A stretch of DNA of 64,000 nucleotides from assembly GCF_009914755.1 (NCBI RefSeq), contig NC_060925.1; one strand, 5' to 3'. How positions within the stretch are numbered: position 1 is the first letter of the stretch; the number at the start of each line of letters is the position of its first letter. Both the position numbers and the translations under genes were made by a program. A model generated the notes under the pieces. The model was not told the origin of the DNA, did no database searches, and saw only the letters and a program-made list of their open reading frames with translations. This document shows positions 19,158 through 32,899 of the stretch, in pieces. The stretch is from the human T2T-CHM13v2.0 reference genome, Homo sapiens.

Positions 19158-19879
19158 CTCTTTCCTTTCTTTTATAACAACAGCAGCAGTGGCAATGACA
19201 ACACTCCCCTCCCCCCACCAGAAAAATGGCCCAGTTATTAAACTGTGCTCTCAGATTAAAAATTAAAACCCAAATCTGAGTACCCACATGTAGGTGAGGG
19301 GGCCTTTGGCCACACAGAAGAGTTTTAACAACTGTGTTCCTTTTATGATAAGGTGTCCAAGGACTGCATTCACCTAGGATGAATCACAGCAATTTGCAGC
19401 TCTGTATTGTTGGAGACATTTCAATTCTGCTATTAGCCAGCCAGAGCTCAAATGGTTCTGCCTTCATCTGGTCCAGGATTAAGAAAAAAGTGTCTCTGGG
19501 ACTGGAAGGGGGTGTAGGTGGCTTTGTGAACTGTAGGTGAGAACAGAGTGTGATTGAATGCCAGTGAAGCCTAAAGTCTTAAGTCCAGTTAGGGGTCCTC
19601 TAAGGAGTTTTGTCTTCATTGAGCTACCTTCTTCAAACTTTTCAGGGTATATTCTGCATGTAGATTTTCTTCAATGAGTAAAACCTTATTCATTTACTAC
19701 TAGTTATAAACCATAGATGATTTCTTCCTATTGTTTCATCAATGTTTCTTATAAATTGTCACATCAACTGTTACATTAGTTTAATAGTGTAAAAAAATTC
19801 TGTGAGCCTAGTCTGATTAAGGTATTGCTGAATTTTTTAAAATATTGAAATATAGTACACATAATGTATACATCATTAA

Positions 19880-20366
<487 letters not shown>

Positions 20367-22657
20367 TGACCTTACGTAAGTGGGATCATTTATATATCAT
20401 CACACAGTATATATTCTTTCTTGCTGAATTTCTGTGCTCAAAATAATGTTTGTAAATTTGTTCACATTGTATAGTTTTATTCATCGTAATTGCTGGTGGT
20501 ATTTCATTAAATGAGGACACCACAATTTATACTATGAATGGACATTTGAGCTGCTTCCATTCAGGGGCCATTACAAATAAGGCTGTTATCAATACTCTTA
20601 TAAATATCTTTTTGTCCACATGTGCTTGCACTTCTGTTGGTATAGGCCTAGGAATGGAATTGCTGGGTCACAGGGTAGGTGTTTATTTCAATTTGTATTT
20701 TCTTGATTACTAATGAGGTTGAGCACCTTTCATAGATATATTAGCTATTTGGTATCCTCTTTTTTATACAGGAAGCATCTTGAATTGTCTGTATTTTTAT
20801 GTTTGTACAAGTTTTTCATGTGTTTTGGACATAAGTTGCTCACATTTACATGTGTTGCAAATATCTTCTACTCTTTGGCTTACTTTCCCTCTCTTTTAAT
20901 AATGTCATTTGATGAACAAAAGCTCTTAATTTAATGTAATGTATCCAATTTATTCATATTTTCCTGTATTGTTAGTGATCTTTGTGTCATTTAATAAATT
21001 TTTTTCTCTAGCCTCACATCATGAAGATATTTTCTTATTTTATCTAATAGAAGCTCTATTATTTTACCCTTTACATTTAGAGCTACCATGCACTGAGAAT
21101 TGATTTTTATGTGTGGTATGACATAATGATCAAGTTTCTCTTTTTCTCCCCAGACAGTTACTCAATAGACTGAGCACTATTTACTGAATGACCCTTTCTC
21201 TGCTGCTCTACAGTGCTAGCTTGCAAGATCGAATGTCCAAGTATGGGTGGATCTGTTTGAAAACTCTTTCCTGTAGTCTATTTGTCTATCCTTACATCAA
21301 TATCACACTGTCTTAATTACTGTAGTTTAATTACCTATAAGTCTTGATATCTGATGGAGTAAGTCCTTAGGCTTTATGCTATTTACAGTCCTTTGTATTT
21401 CTGTATATATTTTAGAAGCTGCTCAGAATTTTTTATTAAAAAACACTGCTGTGATTTTAATGGGGATTGCATATAATGGAGTTTGTTTCATAAAGCTTTC
21501 TTCATTCTACCAAGATGGGATATTTCTCTGTGTATGTAGGTCTTCAGTAATTTATCTCAATATATGTTATTTTCTGTGCAGAGGTCTTGTACATATTTGT
21601 TAGATTTATTCAAAAGTATTTGGTAGTTTTGTTGCCACTATGAAATGATATCTGCTTTAAATTTTTATTTTCTAATTTTTAATGCTGGTATTAATTTCAT
21701 ATCTTGACCTTGCATCTGGCAACCTTGCAAAGCTCACTTATTTATGATACTTCAATTGTAATTATTATGGATTTTCTTTGCATATGTAAATAACATTTGC
21801 AAACGATCATAGTTTTTCTATTCCTTATACCCTTGGTTTAATTTCTGTTATTGTTGTAATTACTAGGATTTCCATTAGAATACTGTGAAGAAGTGGTGAT
21901 TCTGGGCATACTTGGCTTATTCCTAGTCTCAGAGAGAAAGCATTCAACATTTCACCATTTATTATGATGCTGGCTTTTTATATGGCCCTGATGAAATTAA
22001 AGAAATTATCTTCCTTTCCTAGTTCTTAGTCTTTTTTCATGAATAGGTGTTGAATTTAATTAAATATTTTTTAACCTATTGAGATGTCAGCGATTTTTAT
22101 CTTTCATGGTGTTAATTCAGTGAATTACCCTGCCTGGCTTTTCCAATGTTAAACTAGAAATTGCATTTCTAGAAATTATCCAACTTGGTTTTGATCAATT
22201 GCACTTTTTATGTATTGCTGTATTGAGTTTGCTAATATTCCTTTTAGAATATTTGCATCTATGTTTGTAAGTAATATTGGACTGTAATTTTGTTGGTATC
22301 AAGTTGATGGTGTCAAAATTATAGAACTTTATAAAACAAATTGGAAAATTTCTCCTTTTTCCCTATTCTCTGGAATAGTCTGTGTAATTGTCCTATTTCT
22401 CGTATGTTTGGTAAAATTTACCAGTGAAGCCCAACTTTTCTTTGTGGGAACAAAATTGAATATAAAATTTAAAAAATATTCATAGAGATTATTCATATAC
22501 TCTATTTCTTCTTGTATCAATTTTAGTAAGTTTTTTTAAGAAATTTGTCCATAACATGTAAAACTTCAAGTTTATTGGCATAAAATTGTTCATGTTATCC
22601 TCTTATTAACTTTGTAGCATCTGTGTGGAAACTTTGTCGTCTGTGATGATATCCCCC

Positions 22658-22978
<321 letters not shown>

Positions 22979-23963
22979 ACTTTTTATTTTTGATAATGGG
23001 TAATTTGCTCTTGCTGTCTTGCTGACTTGCTCCTGCTCTTGCTTTTGATCTCTTTTCTTTTTCTTGATCAGTCTTGCCAGTTTATCAATCTTATTGTACT
23101 TTTTAATGAACAAACTTTTGGCCTACTGGTTCTCTTTATTGTCATCTGTATTATATTTCATTAATTTTTTTCTGTTTTAATTTTTTACCTCCTTCTCCTG
23201 TCTTTTTTATTTAATTTGCCTTTCCTCTTCTAAAATCTTGGGTGGTATACTTAAACCATTGATTTCAACTGTCTTTTATTACATGCATTTCAGTCTTACA
23301 TGCATTTCTTTTATTACATGCATATTCTAAGTATAGTTTAGCTATATCCCAGAAGTTTTGATATTATCAATGTTTACATTCAATTAGTTTCAACTATTTT
23401 AAAATATTAATTGTGAGGGGTTTTTGAAATTTGCAAATAGTTTTAAAACTTCCAAGCATATGGGTATTTTACAGTTACCTTTGTAAAAATTAATTTTAGC
23501 TTATTTCCACTATGGTCCAAATTTATTGGAGATTTTCTTTCTGATCTCGGTCCTGCAATTCAGCACTGCCTTAGTACTTCTCAAATGACTGTATGAAGCT
23601 GGGAATCATACAGCTGAAGAAGGCCATTACATGTGCTGGGAACATGCACCTTTGAAGGCTTAGCTAGTGGTTCTCAACCTATCAGATGCAACACTACCAT
23701 TTTAAATACATATATTTGCAATATTACTTTTTCTATCCTGAAAAAAACTTACAGGTAATCTAAATTTTTAGAAAAACAATACAGTATCCTGTTACATGGA
23801 GGATAAATAAATAAAAAGTAATTTGTAACAAAATAATGTTTTTCAACCTGGAAATGTTCAGGCATGACTACACTAGAGACAATGATAAAGTTGGCAGATG
23901 TTTTCTTCTACATACATTGAGTTAATATGGATGTAAGAGAAGTAAGACAATACTCAAAGAATA

Positions 23964-23969
23964 TTTATT
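23964..23969 (-). terminator. WLS: Poly(A) signal AATAAA of the WLS alternative last exon
   Basis: TTTATT on +, about 140 nt past the stop codon; expected cleavage near 23940-23950. Confidence 0.75.
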
Positions 23970-24106
23970 GTTGACGCTTTTTTCCTTATATTTAACATTT
24001 TGAGATAAAGGCTAAATGAGTGTATTTGTGTGCGTATACAAGTACAATCAATGTGACTGTGACAACTGCAAATGCAAAGCTGATAAACATGTGTTGCCTT
24101 GTTGAC

Positions 24107-24228
24107 TCAAATACCAGAAGCTGCGTTGTCATTGATGAAGGAATATTTCGAAGCGCTGAACAATTCTTGATAAAGTTCCGAAACAAACAAAGCACAATCT
24201 TCCCTCGATTTACATGGGAGTTGCATTC
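24107..24228 (-). CDS. WLS: WLS alternative (distal) last coding exon, (G)MQLPCKSREDCALFVSELYQELFSASKYSFINDNAASGI*
   Basis: Acceptor TGAATTTTCCAG|GA (AG at 24229-24230). The phase-1 join to the donor at 63209 gives G|GA then an open 39-codon frame to TGA. Matches my recollection of the WLS isoform 2 C-terminus. Confidence 0.88.
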
Positions 24229-24951
24229 CTGGAAAATTCAGTATATTTTAAAACCATGCAAAATATCCTTTTAAAAAAATATGTAACATGGAGTTTAGGA
24301 CCAAGGCTCAGGTAACTATAAAAATTTTTACCTACATAAATTTCTAGTGGAGTGTTTGAAATTTGTTTAGGACTGTGTCCTTCATTGTGGGACATTTGCA
24401 GATTTCTCCCTTGCCCACTAAATCTCAATAGCACCTCCTCCCTCAATTATTGTGACAATCAGTTCCTCCACATTCAACAAATTTTCCAACACCTCCCGAG
24501 CAGCACTGCCATCCTTGTTGAGAACGTGTATCTAGTTCATCTTAAGATAGAACTGCCCCCCTCATCCCCACTTTCTCTCCCAAATCCTGTGAAAGCCCAG
24601 CACAGGCACTGGGGGATACAGCAAGCCACTTAGGAGGATTCCCAGCTTGTGTCATTGAATCATCTTTAAATTTATTTTTATTTTTTTTTATATGTCTTAT
24701 CATCTTCCAAAAAGGATGTTTTGGTGAACTGCAAAGAGATATACTCAGAGACAGGAAAAAGATCTGGTAGGGTGAAGAATGAAAGAAAAACAGGCAGGCA
24801 GAATAAAGCTGAAAGCTGAGCCTAGTATCTAAAACGCACACTCCCAGGGCTTGTATACTCAATAAAGTTGAGAAGTAACTGGGTTGTCAATTTAAAGAGG
24901 AATACTTGATCAGACACACAATTCTATGTTGATAAGATTAAAAACAAGCTC

Positions 24952-25257
24952 TAGTCATCCTTCCGTACCTGTAGGAGATTGGCTGTAGGACCTTTGTGGA
25001 TGCCAAACTCTGCAGATACTCAAGTCCCTTATGTAAAATGGCATAAGGGACCATTTGCATGCAACCTATGCCCCTCCTCCCATATACTTTAAATAATCTT
25101 TAGATTACCTATAATACCTAATACAATATAAAGGCTATGGAAATAGTTGTTATACTATATTTTTTCATTTGTGTCATTTTTATTGTTATTTTTAATTTTT
25201 TAGAATATTTCCAATCCATGGTTGGGTGCGGAACCTGCGGATACAGAGGACTGACTA
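24952..25257 (+). mobile_element. MER2 (TcMar-Tigger)
   Basis: TAGTCATCCTTCCGTACCTGTAGGAGATTGG...GCGGAACCTGCGGATACAGAGGACTGACTA inverted termini. Confidence 0.85.
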
Positions 25258-25269
25258 TAATATCAAGGT

Positions 25270-25500
25270 AAGGACATGGATTCTGGACCCAGACTGCATA
25301 CATTCAACTTGGCTTCACTTTTACAAACTGTAGGACCTTGAGCAAATCACCACATGCTTCTGTCTTGTTACCTATAACAGGATAATATCACTACCTACAA
25401 TACCACACAAGTCTATTGTGAGGATTAGATAAATTGGTGCACATAAAGTTCTTAGGAGAGTATACAGTAGTTACTTGTAAGCACTATATAAACATTTGCC
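25270..25500 (+). mobile_element. MIR
   Basis: GACCTTGAGCAAATCAC...GGATAATATCACTACC...TTGTGAGGATTAGAT. Confidence 0.6.
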
Positions 25501-26084
25501 AAATAAGCAGAAAAAGTTCTCAGAGAAAACAGTTTTTACCAGCAGTTTTTCTCACTAATAGATGTGGAATTGAATTACCTAGATTGAAAACTCAGAGGAA
25601 ACTTGACATTCATCAATTCTAATCTGTTTGTGTTACAGTGCAGGAAACTGCAGCCAGACACTGAAAGTCTAGGGGCCAAGCTCACATATTAGTTGAGGAT
25701 CCACAAGTTAGTTGAGGATCCTGGTCCCCTGGTTCTTTTCTGCTGCTCTTGCCAATATCTCGGCCTGGAGCTGGCCTGTGGAGGGGTGCAGAGAAGCAGC
25801 CTATTGTCTCTCCTTCCCAGAGTGTCCACAGGTTCCAAAATTCTACCTTCTCCCAACTGTTCTATAACACCCCAAACTCTCATTTCTTCCTAAAGGACAG
25901 AGAGCAAAGAATAAATCAGGTGTGAATGACCCCTAAACTCAAACCCTCAAGGAATATGCAAACACATAGTAGAGTTCCTTTAAATATAGTAAATCTTCAA
26001 CTTTGAGGAAGAGGGCGAATGGGTAGGTGGGAGGCAAAGGTTTTAAATTTAGAAATTAAAATTGAATTGTCTAAACTGGCAAAA

Positions 26085-26790
26085 GTCTCACCACTTTCCA
26101 GTTGTGAGACTGCACACAAAGTTACTTGAGAGTCTCCAAGCCTCATTTTTCTCTTCTGTAATGTCAAAACAGAGATCATAAGGCTGTCGGAATGGACTCT
26201 TTGTGGCAATAAGATACCATATTATAAACAGGACCCAAGGTCATGCCAGGTAAGAATGAAGTCACACACCCTTCCTCTTAAGGAATAAACTATATTGTAA
26301 CTGCCTCAAGGTTTTTTCTTTCACTCTAGCAGTTAAACAAGCACTGATAAGTCTCCAGCCCACCATGAACATGGGACACATGCAACATGCATGTTTGCTT
26401 TACTATGTATGCGAGCATCCCCCACTTCCTAAATATTTATTGCCCCCTGTAACCTGCTGAATATGTAAACATAAACGTGGCCAAACCGTTCAGCATAAAT
26501 TCCTGCTTTACCCCTCTCTCCCTTGAAGTGCCTGCTTTTGGTGTCTGCTGGAGGCTATGCTTCCCAGCCTATCAGGATGGCCACCTGCAGGCTGTAACCT
26601 TTTGTTAGAAGTAAAGCTCTCCTCTCCAAGTTTCTGAACCTTGTGATTCTTCAGTTAACAGTAACATGGGGATGATAATAATCAACACCTCATGGGTTGT
26701 TGTGAAGAAGAAATGAAATAATACAAAGCACCTAGCACCATGCCTGGCAGAGAGGGGCCAATAAATGTTCATCATATTTGCTATCATTAT
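26085..26790 (+). mobile_element. MIR split by an ERV1 LTR
   Basis: GCCTCATTTTTCTCTTCTGTAA | LTR | GTAACATGGGGATGATAAT...CCTCATGGGTTGTTGTGAAG reconstitutes the MIR core. Confidence 0.75.
26162..26660 (+). mobile_element. ERV1-class solo LTR (499 bp)
   Basis: TGTCAA...TTAACA termini with an exact 4-bp TSD GTAA (26158-26161 and 26661-26664). Confidence 0.85.
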
Positions 26791-29700
26791 TATTATTATT
26801 ATAGGCATCAGCAACCTATCAGAAGAGAAATAGTTTTCCTTTGCTCTTTGAAGAAAGGAGGCCGCCCCAGAAAGGCTTTATTCGTGTCCTCTTACTCCAT
26901 GAACTTAGTTACCTTGTAGAGGGGAACGGGAATGTCTGGAAAGAAAGAACCTGAAGCTCAGTCCCGATAGGATCACATGAAGCGTCACAAAGACAGAAGG
27001 GTTGCAGGGCTGAATCCAATTCAACCACTCACTCTAGTGTGTTCCTGAGAGTGCTGTCTTCTCTCTCTGACCCTTAAACAAATATGTCTATGTTCACTGT
27101 CCAGAATATAATATAAGACAGGGCTTGGTATTATTAAGATGCTGCTTACTAAATGAGGAACTCTGAGATATTGCACAAGAAATCTAGAAACTTCATGAAT
27201 TGGGGGTGAGTCTCCCAATGGTGAAAGTTCAGAAAGACTGGCTGCAAGGGGCTTTGCAAAATACACGCTTATAAACACACTTTCTCTTCCTTTAACAAGG
27301 AAAATGATAAAACTTCATAGTTACAGCGAGAAATACTGGGAAACAAAAAATACGCTCTTAAAATTTCAATAACTTCATATATTCATTCTACTTAGCTGTT
27401 ACGGGAGAGAAATCAAATATCTTACTGTTGATTTTCATTTTCCAAGGGACTTTGAACTATGTGTGTAGGTGGCAGTAAATACCTTCGTTATAGCTGCTGG
27501 GAGCTGCAGACTCTGCACACACAGGTGAAGGTGGTTAGACTTGTGTTTCCTGGGAAGCAAGGGCAAGTAAGGAGTGTCTACCATGGGCCAGCTATATGCC
27601 TTTCGTATTCCATTCAACACCCTCCTCCCTGTGTTAGAGGAAACATTTCTCCTCCTGCATTCTTCCCAGCCTGTAACAGGACTTTCTGTCCTCTGGGGGA
27701 TTGGGAAGTTATTTCCTGCCCCTTCCTCTTTTTACTTCTTCCCAAGGGAAAGAATGACTTCTCTTCTTAGGGAGGTTGGAGAAGGGTCCTAAACAGCGGG
27801 CTCTCTTGTTTAGGCTGACTGTGAGACAATTTTTTCATTGCTTCTGCTTTCCTATGGGGAGAACCGTTGAATCGTAGCCTGGGATCTGGAGGTTGATGTC
27901 TCTCTTCTTGCTCTCCAGAATTCATTGATTTGAGGCATGCATCTGACCTCCATGTTTCTGCACCACAGACTCAATTCTCCTCATGTGCAGGTCCAGACCC
28001 AGCTGGGGTTGTATCATTTTGAAGGTCATCTGATTGCAGGTCCACTTTAAGGGCTCCTACTCAACAACCAATAAAGGTCCTATATTCATCTGTATTTGCT
28101 GAAATATGACTATTTCTCAATTGGTTCAGAATCAGAGAAGCTCTACTACCCAGAAGAGTTGGAACGGGCCTTGAAATGTAACCCAAGCATCTTATTATAC
28201 AGGTAAAAAGCCAAAAATCATATGCCCCTCTTGCCAGCTGACCTTCCCAGACCCCACCCAGGTCTGGCCACATAATAATGTGCATTGCCCAAGGTGGCTT
28301 GATTGCCTGGTCTGGCAGCTGGAGGAGTGGGCCCTGCACCTGACCTCACTGTGTCTTGGCTTTGTCCAAGTAGACCCCTTGCCTTCGATTGTTTTGTGCC
28401 TAATGTTTTCACTCATTTAGAAACACCTGCATCTTTCTTCCCCTGGCAGTGCTCTGAACCCTTTTTTTTGCCGGGGGCACTGTCACCAGTGTCTTGAGAT
28501 ATGTTCCTGTTCTGTATCTGACCCCAGTGGACCGGAACCTGCACGTAGGTCTGCTGCCTCCCTGCCTAGCGCTCTTTCTGCTCCCACCAGGGTGCATACC
28601 TCTGTGAATTACATGGCTGGACTTCTCTTAACATCAGACTCTATTAACTAGAACAATAGTTTTATCTCATCCTGTGATTCAAAGACGGTTGCTAGGGAAA
28701 CCAGTGGGGATATGTTTAATCTGTAAATCCTGTAATTGCCCTAAAGTAGCAACAATTCATGTGCTTGCTTCAAAAGGATTTGGACTGAACTGACTGGGAA
28801 GCAGGTGAGTGAAGAAGAACAATCACAGGTTGGCTCCCCTTGTGATCTGTTCACATTCCTCATAAGGTGTTTTTTCCTGCTGCTTTGCCAAAAAGCTAAA
28901 GGGATTAAAGAGGGAGCACTGCGGTGCCCTTCTAATGGACCAGGAAAGCTAGAAAGACAAAATTATGCAGTTCTTCTCTTCTTATGGATTCAAGTGGTCA
29001 GAGCTGAGTGATTGGAGGCTGTACTGGTGGTGATGGAGAGAGATAAGAGGATAAATACTCCATTTTATTTTAAAATGGATTCAGAATCCTATAATTGTAG
29101 TTTGTAGGGGGATACTAACTCCAAATGAGGAGAAGCAAGGTATTTGGGAAGTCTTATCAGAAGAGGCCAGGGTGGTCTAAGCATAGGAGCACAGAGTCGG
29201 GTTTGGAGGCGTGCCCAGCATCATCCCCGCCAAGCCTTTCCTTAATCCACAGCAGTATTCAGTGGGTCACCCACATGCTGCTTGGGCACTGCCAAAAATG
29301 GAGAACTTGCTCCTTCCCAGAGCAGCTCATTTTGTGTTTAAACAGCCCTGATTGTTAGAAGATCTGCCTTAAATTGAACTGAAACATGGGGTGCTGGGGG
29401 CAGGGGACAATTTTCCTCCTTGACTTGGCTGTCTGGCGGAGCTCACAGAGGTTTCTTCATAAGACATGCCCTACCTCTGTCACAGGGCCCACACCCAGCA
29501 AGCCACACTGGCTCAAGGGCCCAGAACTATCCAGACCGTTGAAGAGTCCCACCTTGAGGCACAGGACAGAAGCAGTAGGGAGAAAACTAAACATTCCTTG
29601 ATGTAGTGTTTGATTAAGAATAAAATGCACAGCTTCTGTCTCTCGGGGCCCTGCAATGTTTGTGATTTAAAAAAAAAAGCAAAATCTAAGTGCAGACCCT

Positions 29701-30103
29701 GTTTCCCAGGAGAAAAGTCACACGAAACTCTTCTTTATACAAAATGGTTCTGAGAATCATCACTACCATTATCGGTGGAGATGACTCAGTATTCTAGACT
29801 TAGCTAGTTATGCAAAGTCCAGGGAGGTCATTGTGCTCTCTTTTGGAAACATAATAGTTCCATTAATGCAGCTGAATATCACATTTGCTCTGAGCAGCTG
29901 CATCCCACTGCTGACTCATGTTGAGCTCTACAATCAGTGAAAACTTGGAGGGTATTTCTCCTTTGTAGGTGCAATATCATATGATCCCTCCTAAGCCCAG
30001 CTCTATTGGGACTATGGGTGTCCAGGGTCCCTCCTAGCTCCTTGCCTGCTTTTGCTGTCAAGTTTGTGAGTTCACCTTCTGTATTTTAAAATTCAGGATT
30101 GCA

Positions 30104-30403
30104 GCCTGGTGCGATGGCTTGCACCTATAATCCCAGCACTTTGGGATGCTGAGGCAGAAGGATCTCTTGAGCCCAGGAGTTTGATCAAGACCAGCCAGGG
30201 AAACATAGGGAGACCTCATCTCTACTAAAAATAATTTTTAAAAAAGTAGCCAGGTGTGGTGGTGCATGCCTGTAGCCCCAGCTACTCAGGAAGCTGAGGT
30301 GGGAGGATGGCTTGAACCTGGGAGGCCAAGGATGCAGGTAGCCATGATCGTGCCTCTGCACTACAACCTGGGCAAAAAAGCAAGACACCTGTCTCAGTAA
30401 AAT
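30104..30403 (+). mobile_element. AluJ
   Basis: Alu dimer with J diagnostics (GAGCCCAGGAGTTT); TSD AAAATT(C/T)AGGATTGCA. Confidence 0.93.
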
Positions 30404-32188
30404 AAAATTTAGGATTGCAGGGATTGCACCCTCCTGTCTCTGGTTCTTTGTTACCTATCCTGATCTGTGAAGTCTTAGGCAGTCACTGCCTGTGCATAGT
30501 TGATGTATCTATGTGGTCCCATTCTCTTCAGCTCTAATTTATCCAGACCAGCATGTTTAATAAGGTTAGATGTCTGATCTACCCTTTATTAATGTCTATT
30601 CTCTTTTCCAATTCATTGACAGAAAAGTTGGAGGAAAGCCAGGAGCCAGGGAGTTTTGCTTTCTTTGATCTGTTGAAGCAGCATAAGTAGTTTACCTAAG
30701 AGTATACTGCCCTTGTGAGAGGTAACAATGCAAGATTTTGGAAAAAGACATCTAACCTGAGTGCTTATACTTTGCATAACCCTTTTGCATTGTTTAGTAC
30801 TACTGGTTTTTATGCTACTTAATTGTTTTAAAACAGGGATTTATAAAAATAGACACAATTTGCTAAATTCTCATTCAGTTCAGTCACTCTTAATGGAAAG
30901 TCTAGTTTTATATGCCACAAAGCCATAACCAAGGTGCACCTCATTGTAGAAAAAGAATCCAGAAAGAAAGAAATGGTTTTGAGTAGCAACTTTGAAAATT
31001 CCAAACTATGAAACAAAGGCAGAAATCACTGTTACAAGGTCCTTGGCTTTCCAGGAAGTCCAAAACCCAAATGAAAAAGGCATCTTGATTTTCTCTCTGA
31101 ACTCTGCTCAAGGTTTACTAAGAAACTACCTACCACGTATAAATGGGAAACACACAAAAGATGTATTTCTTGGAAGGTGAGGGGTGTTAGTGATTTTGGC
31201 CTCACATTAAGGGAGCCAGAACCTGCCTGAACTGCTAGAAATAAGGGGTGGAAAGACAGGACTGGGTTCTGGGGCTGCATCCAGGGAAAACATGTCAGTA
31301 CCGTACACCTAACACCAGATGAGTGGACAGAGACATGTCAGGAGAAAAGAGGAAAAAGGAATGCCCCGGGCTCCAAAAAGAAAAGGATATGGGATTGGTG
31401 TAAGGGTCTGAGGGATGAGAGAAAAGAAAAGATGGTGATACATAATCACTTCTCTTTTTTCCTTCAGAATGATGACCTAAAACTAAACATTGGTCACTGC
31501 AATCAAAGTGTTAATATGAAAAATCAAGTACCTCGCTCTGAAATTTCAGAATTTCTTGGTGGGGAGTTAGGACTAGGAAGAATCACAGCCAAAAACAACT
31601 AACAGTAACTCCCATAGCAATGCTCTATATTTAAGATGTAGATACATCCATAATATATATACTCTGGAGTGGTTTATTAAAAGGCACTTCGAGCCATTCA
31701 TAAAGAAATAAATGATAGTGCAAGGCAGCCGGACTCAATGGCCAGGAGGGGAGTTAGCAGTGAGTGCTCTTGAGGAGATGCCGAGGCTGGGTGGGCAGAG
31801 GGTACTTCGAGGGGGGCCTAAGGGAGCCCTCAGTGGGCCTGGGTGATGATGTCCTCAGAATTTCCCAGTGTGTGTGACCTCTGCAGCTTGAGTGTTCCTA
31901 AGGGAAGTTTGGAGGATAAAGACAGCATCTCTGGGACACCAGACCAGTGTCCTTCAGGTCTGGGAGCCCCACAGAGCAACAGCTGGGAAAGTATACGGTT
32001 ATTGGAGGCAAAACAATCAAAATTCCATTCCAGAAACGTGTCCCTTGCAAACCTAGGTACCTGCTGCTCACTGTTCAATGGTGGCAGACATTTCAGTGTA
32101 GGCAGCTCAGTGCTTCTCATGCATAGACAGACTGCTTCCCACTTCCCCACCCAAGGGGCACCTGGAAACGCGTGTGCATGTGTTTGTC

Positions 32189-32190
<2 letters not shown>

Positions 32191-32232
<42 letters not shown>
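32191..32232. repeat. (TG)n microsatellite
   Basis: 17 perfect TG units followed by a degenerate extension. Confidence 0.95.
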
Positions 32233-32899
32233 GGTAGGTGGGTGGGTGAGTATAGAGGCTACTGGTATGCAGTGTCCAGGACAAGAGATGCTTAATGTCC
32301 TGCAACACGAGATCAGTTCCTCAGAGCAAATATGGACCCCATTATAAAACAATGTGCTTTGGACACTGTCAAGAGGAAATTCCCTTAAAAGAACTAAATG
32401 TATACCTTACTGAAACCAACTAAGTCGGTATGCATTTGAACGTGTATATTCCAATGTTTTCTGCTTTTAAATTTAAAAGCTCTTAAAGTTAGAAAATACA
32501 GATTAGCATAAAGAAAATGATCAAAATAATCCTCATTCCTACTATTTAAGTAATTAATATGTTGGTATCGATTAATGTGTCTTTCCATTTATTTATGAAA
32601 ATAAGACAAAATTATGCATACTATATTTTTAGTCAGCTCTTTTTAATTACTATATTGTGAATCTTCATTGACTTAAATAGATCCTTTTGTATATAATTTT
32701 TAGTTGCTGCCTCATACTGTATTTTATGTCTGTACCATTGTTGAACTATCCTCCATTGTTGAATAGCTAGATTTTTTTTTTTGCTATTAACACAATGTGG
32801 CAATTTATCTTTGAACGGTTTTTTATTGTCAGAGAGCAAAAGGATGTTTAACAGCTGGAAGGTAGGAGGATAGATAGAGTGACAAGAGTTTAGGTTCTG

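Larger units (their letters stand above)
23665..24530. mobile_element. hAT-Charlie DNA transposon fossil (MER20B-like) hosting the WLS alternative last exon
   Basis: Terminal inverted repeats TAGTGGTTCTCAAC (23665-23678) and GTTGAGAACGTGTA (24517-24530). Internal motifs CTTCCCTCGATTTACATG...GCATTCCTGGAAAATTC and GCCCACTAAAT...TTGTGACAA match my recollection of MER20B. Confidence 0.75.

Noticed and set aside
24020-24274. 84-aa + strand ORF over the alternative exon
   Set aside because: Antisense shadow of the WLS exon within the transposon; no independent support.
29770-31510. Scattered AP-1 (TGACTCA) and TCF/LEF (CTTTGAT/ATCAAAG) sites
   Set aside because: Seven-mers at roughly chance frequency; enhancer status cannot be inferred without chromatin data.
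31843-32295. 150-aa + strand ORF
   Set aside because: Non-ATG start, extended by a (TG)n microsatellite, no recognisable domain.
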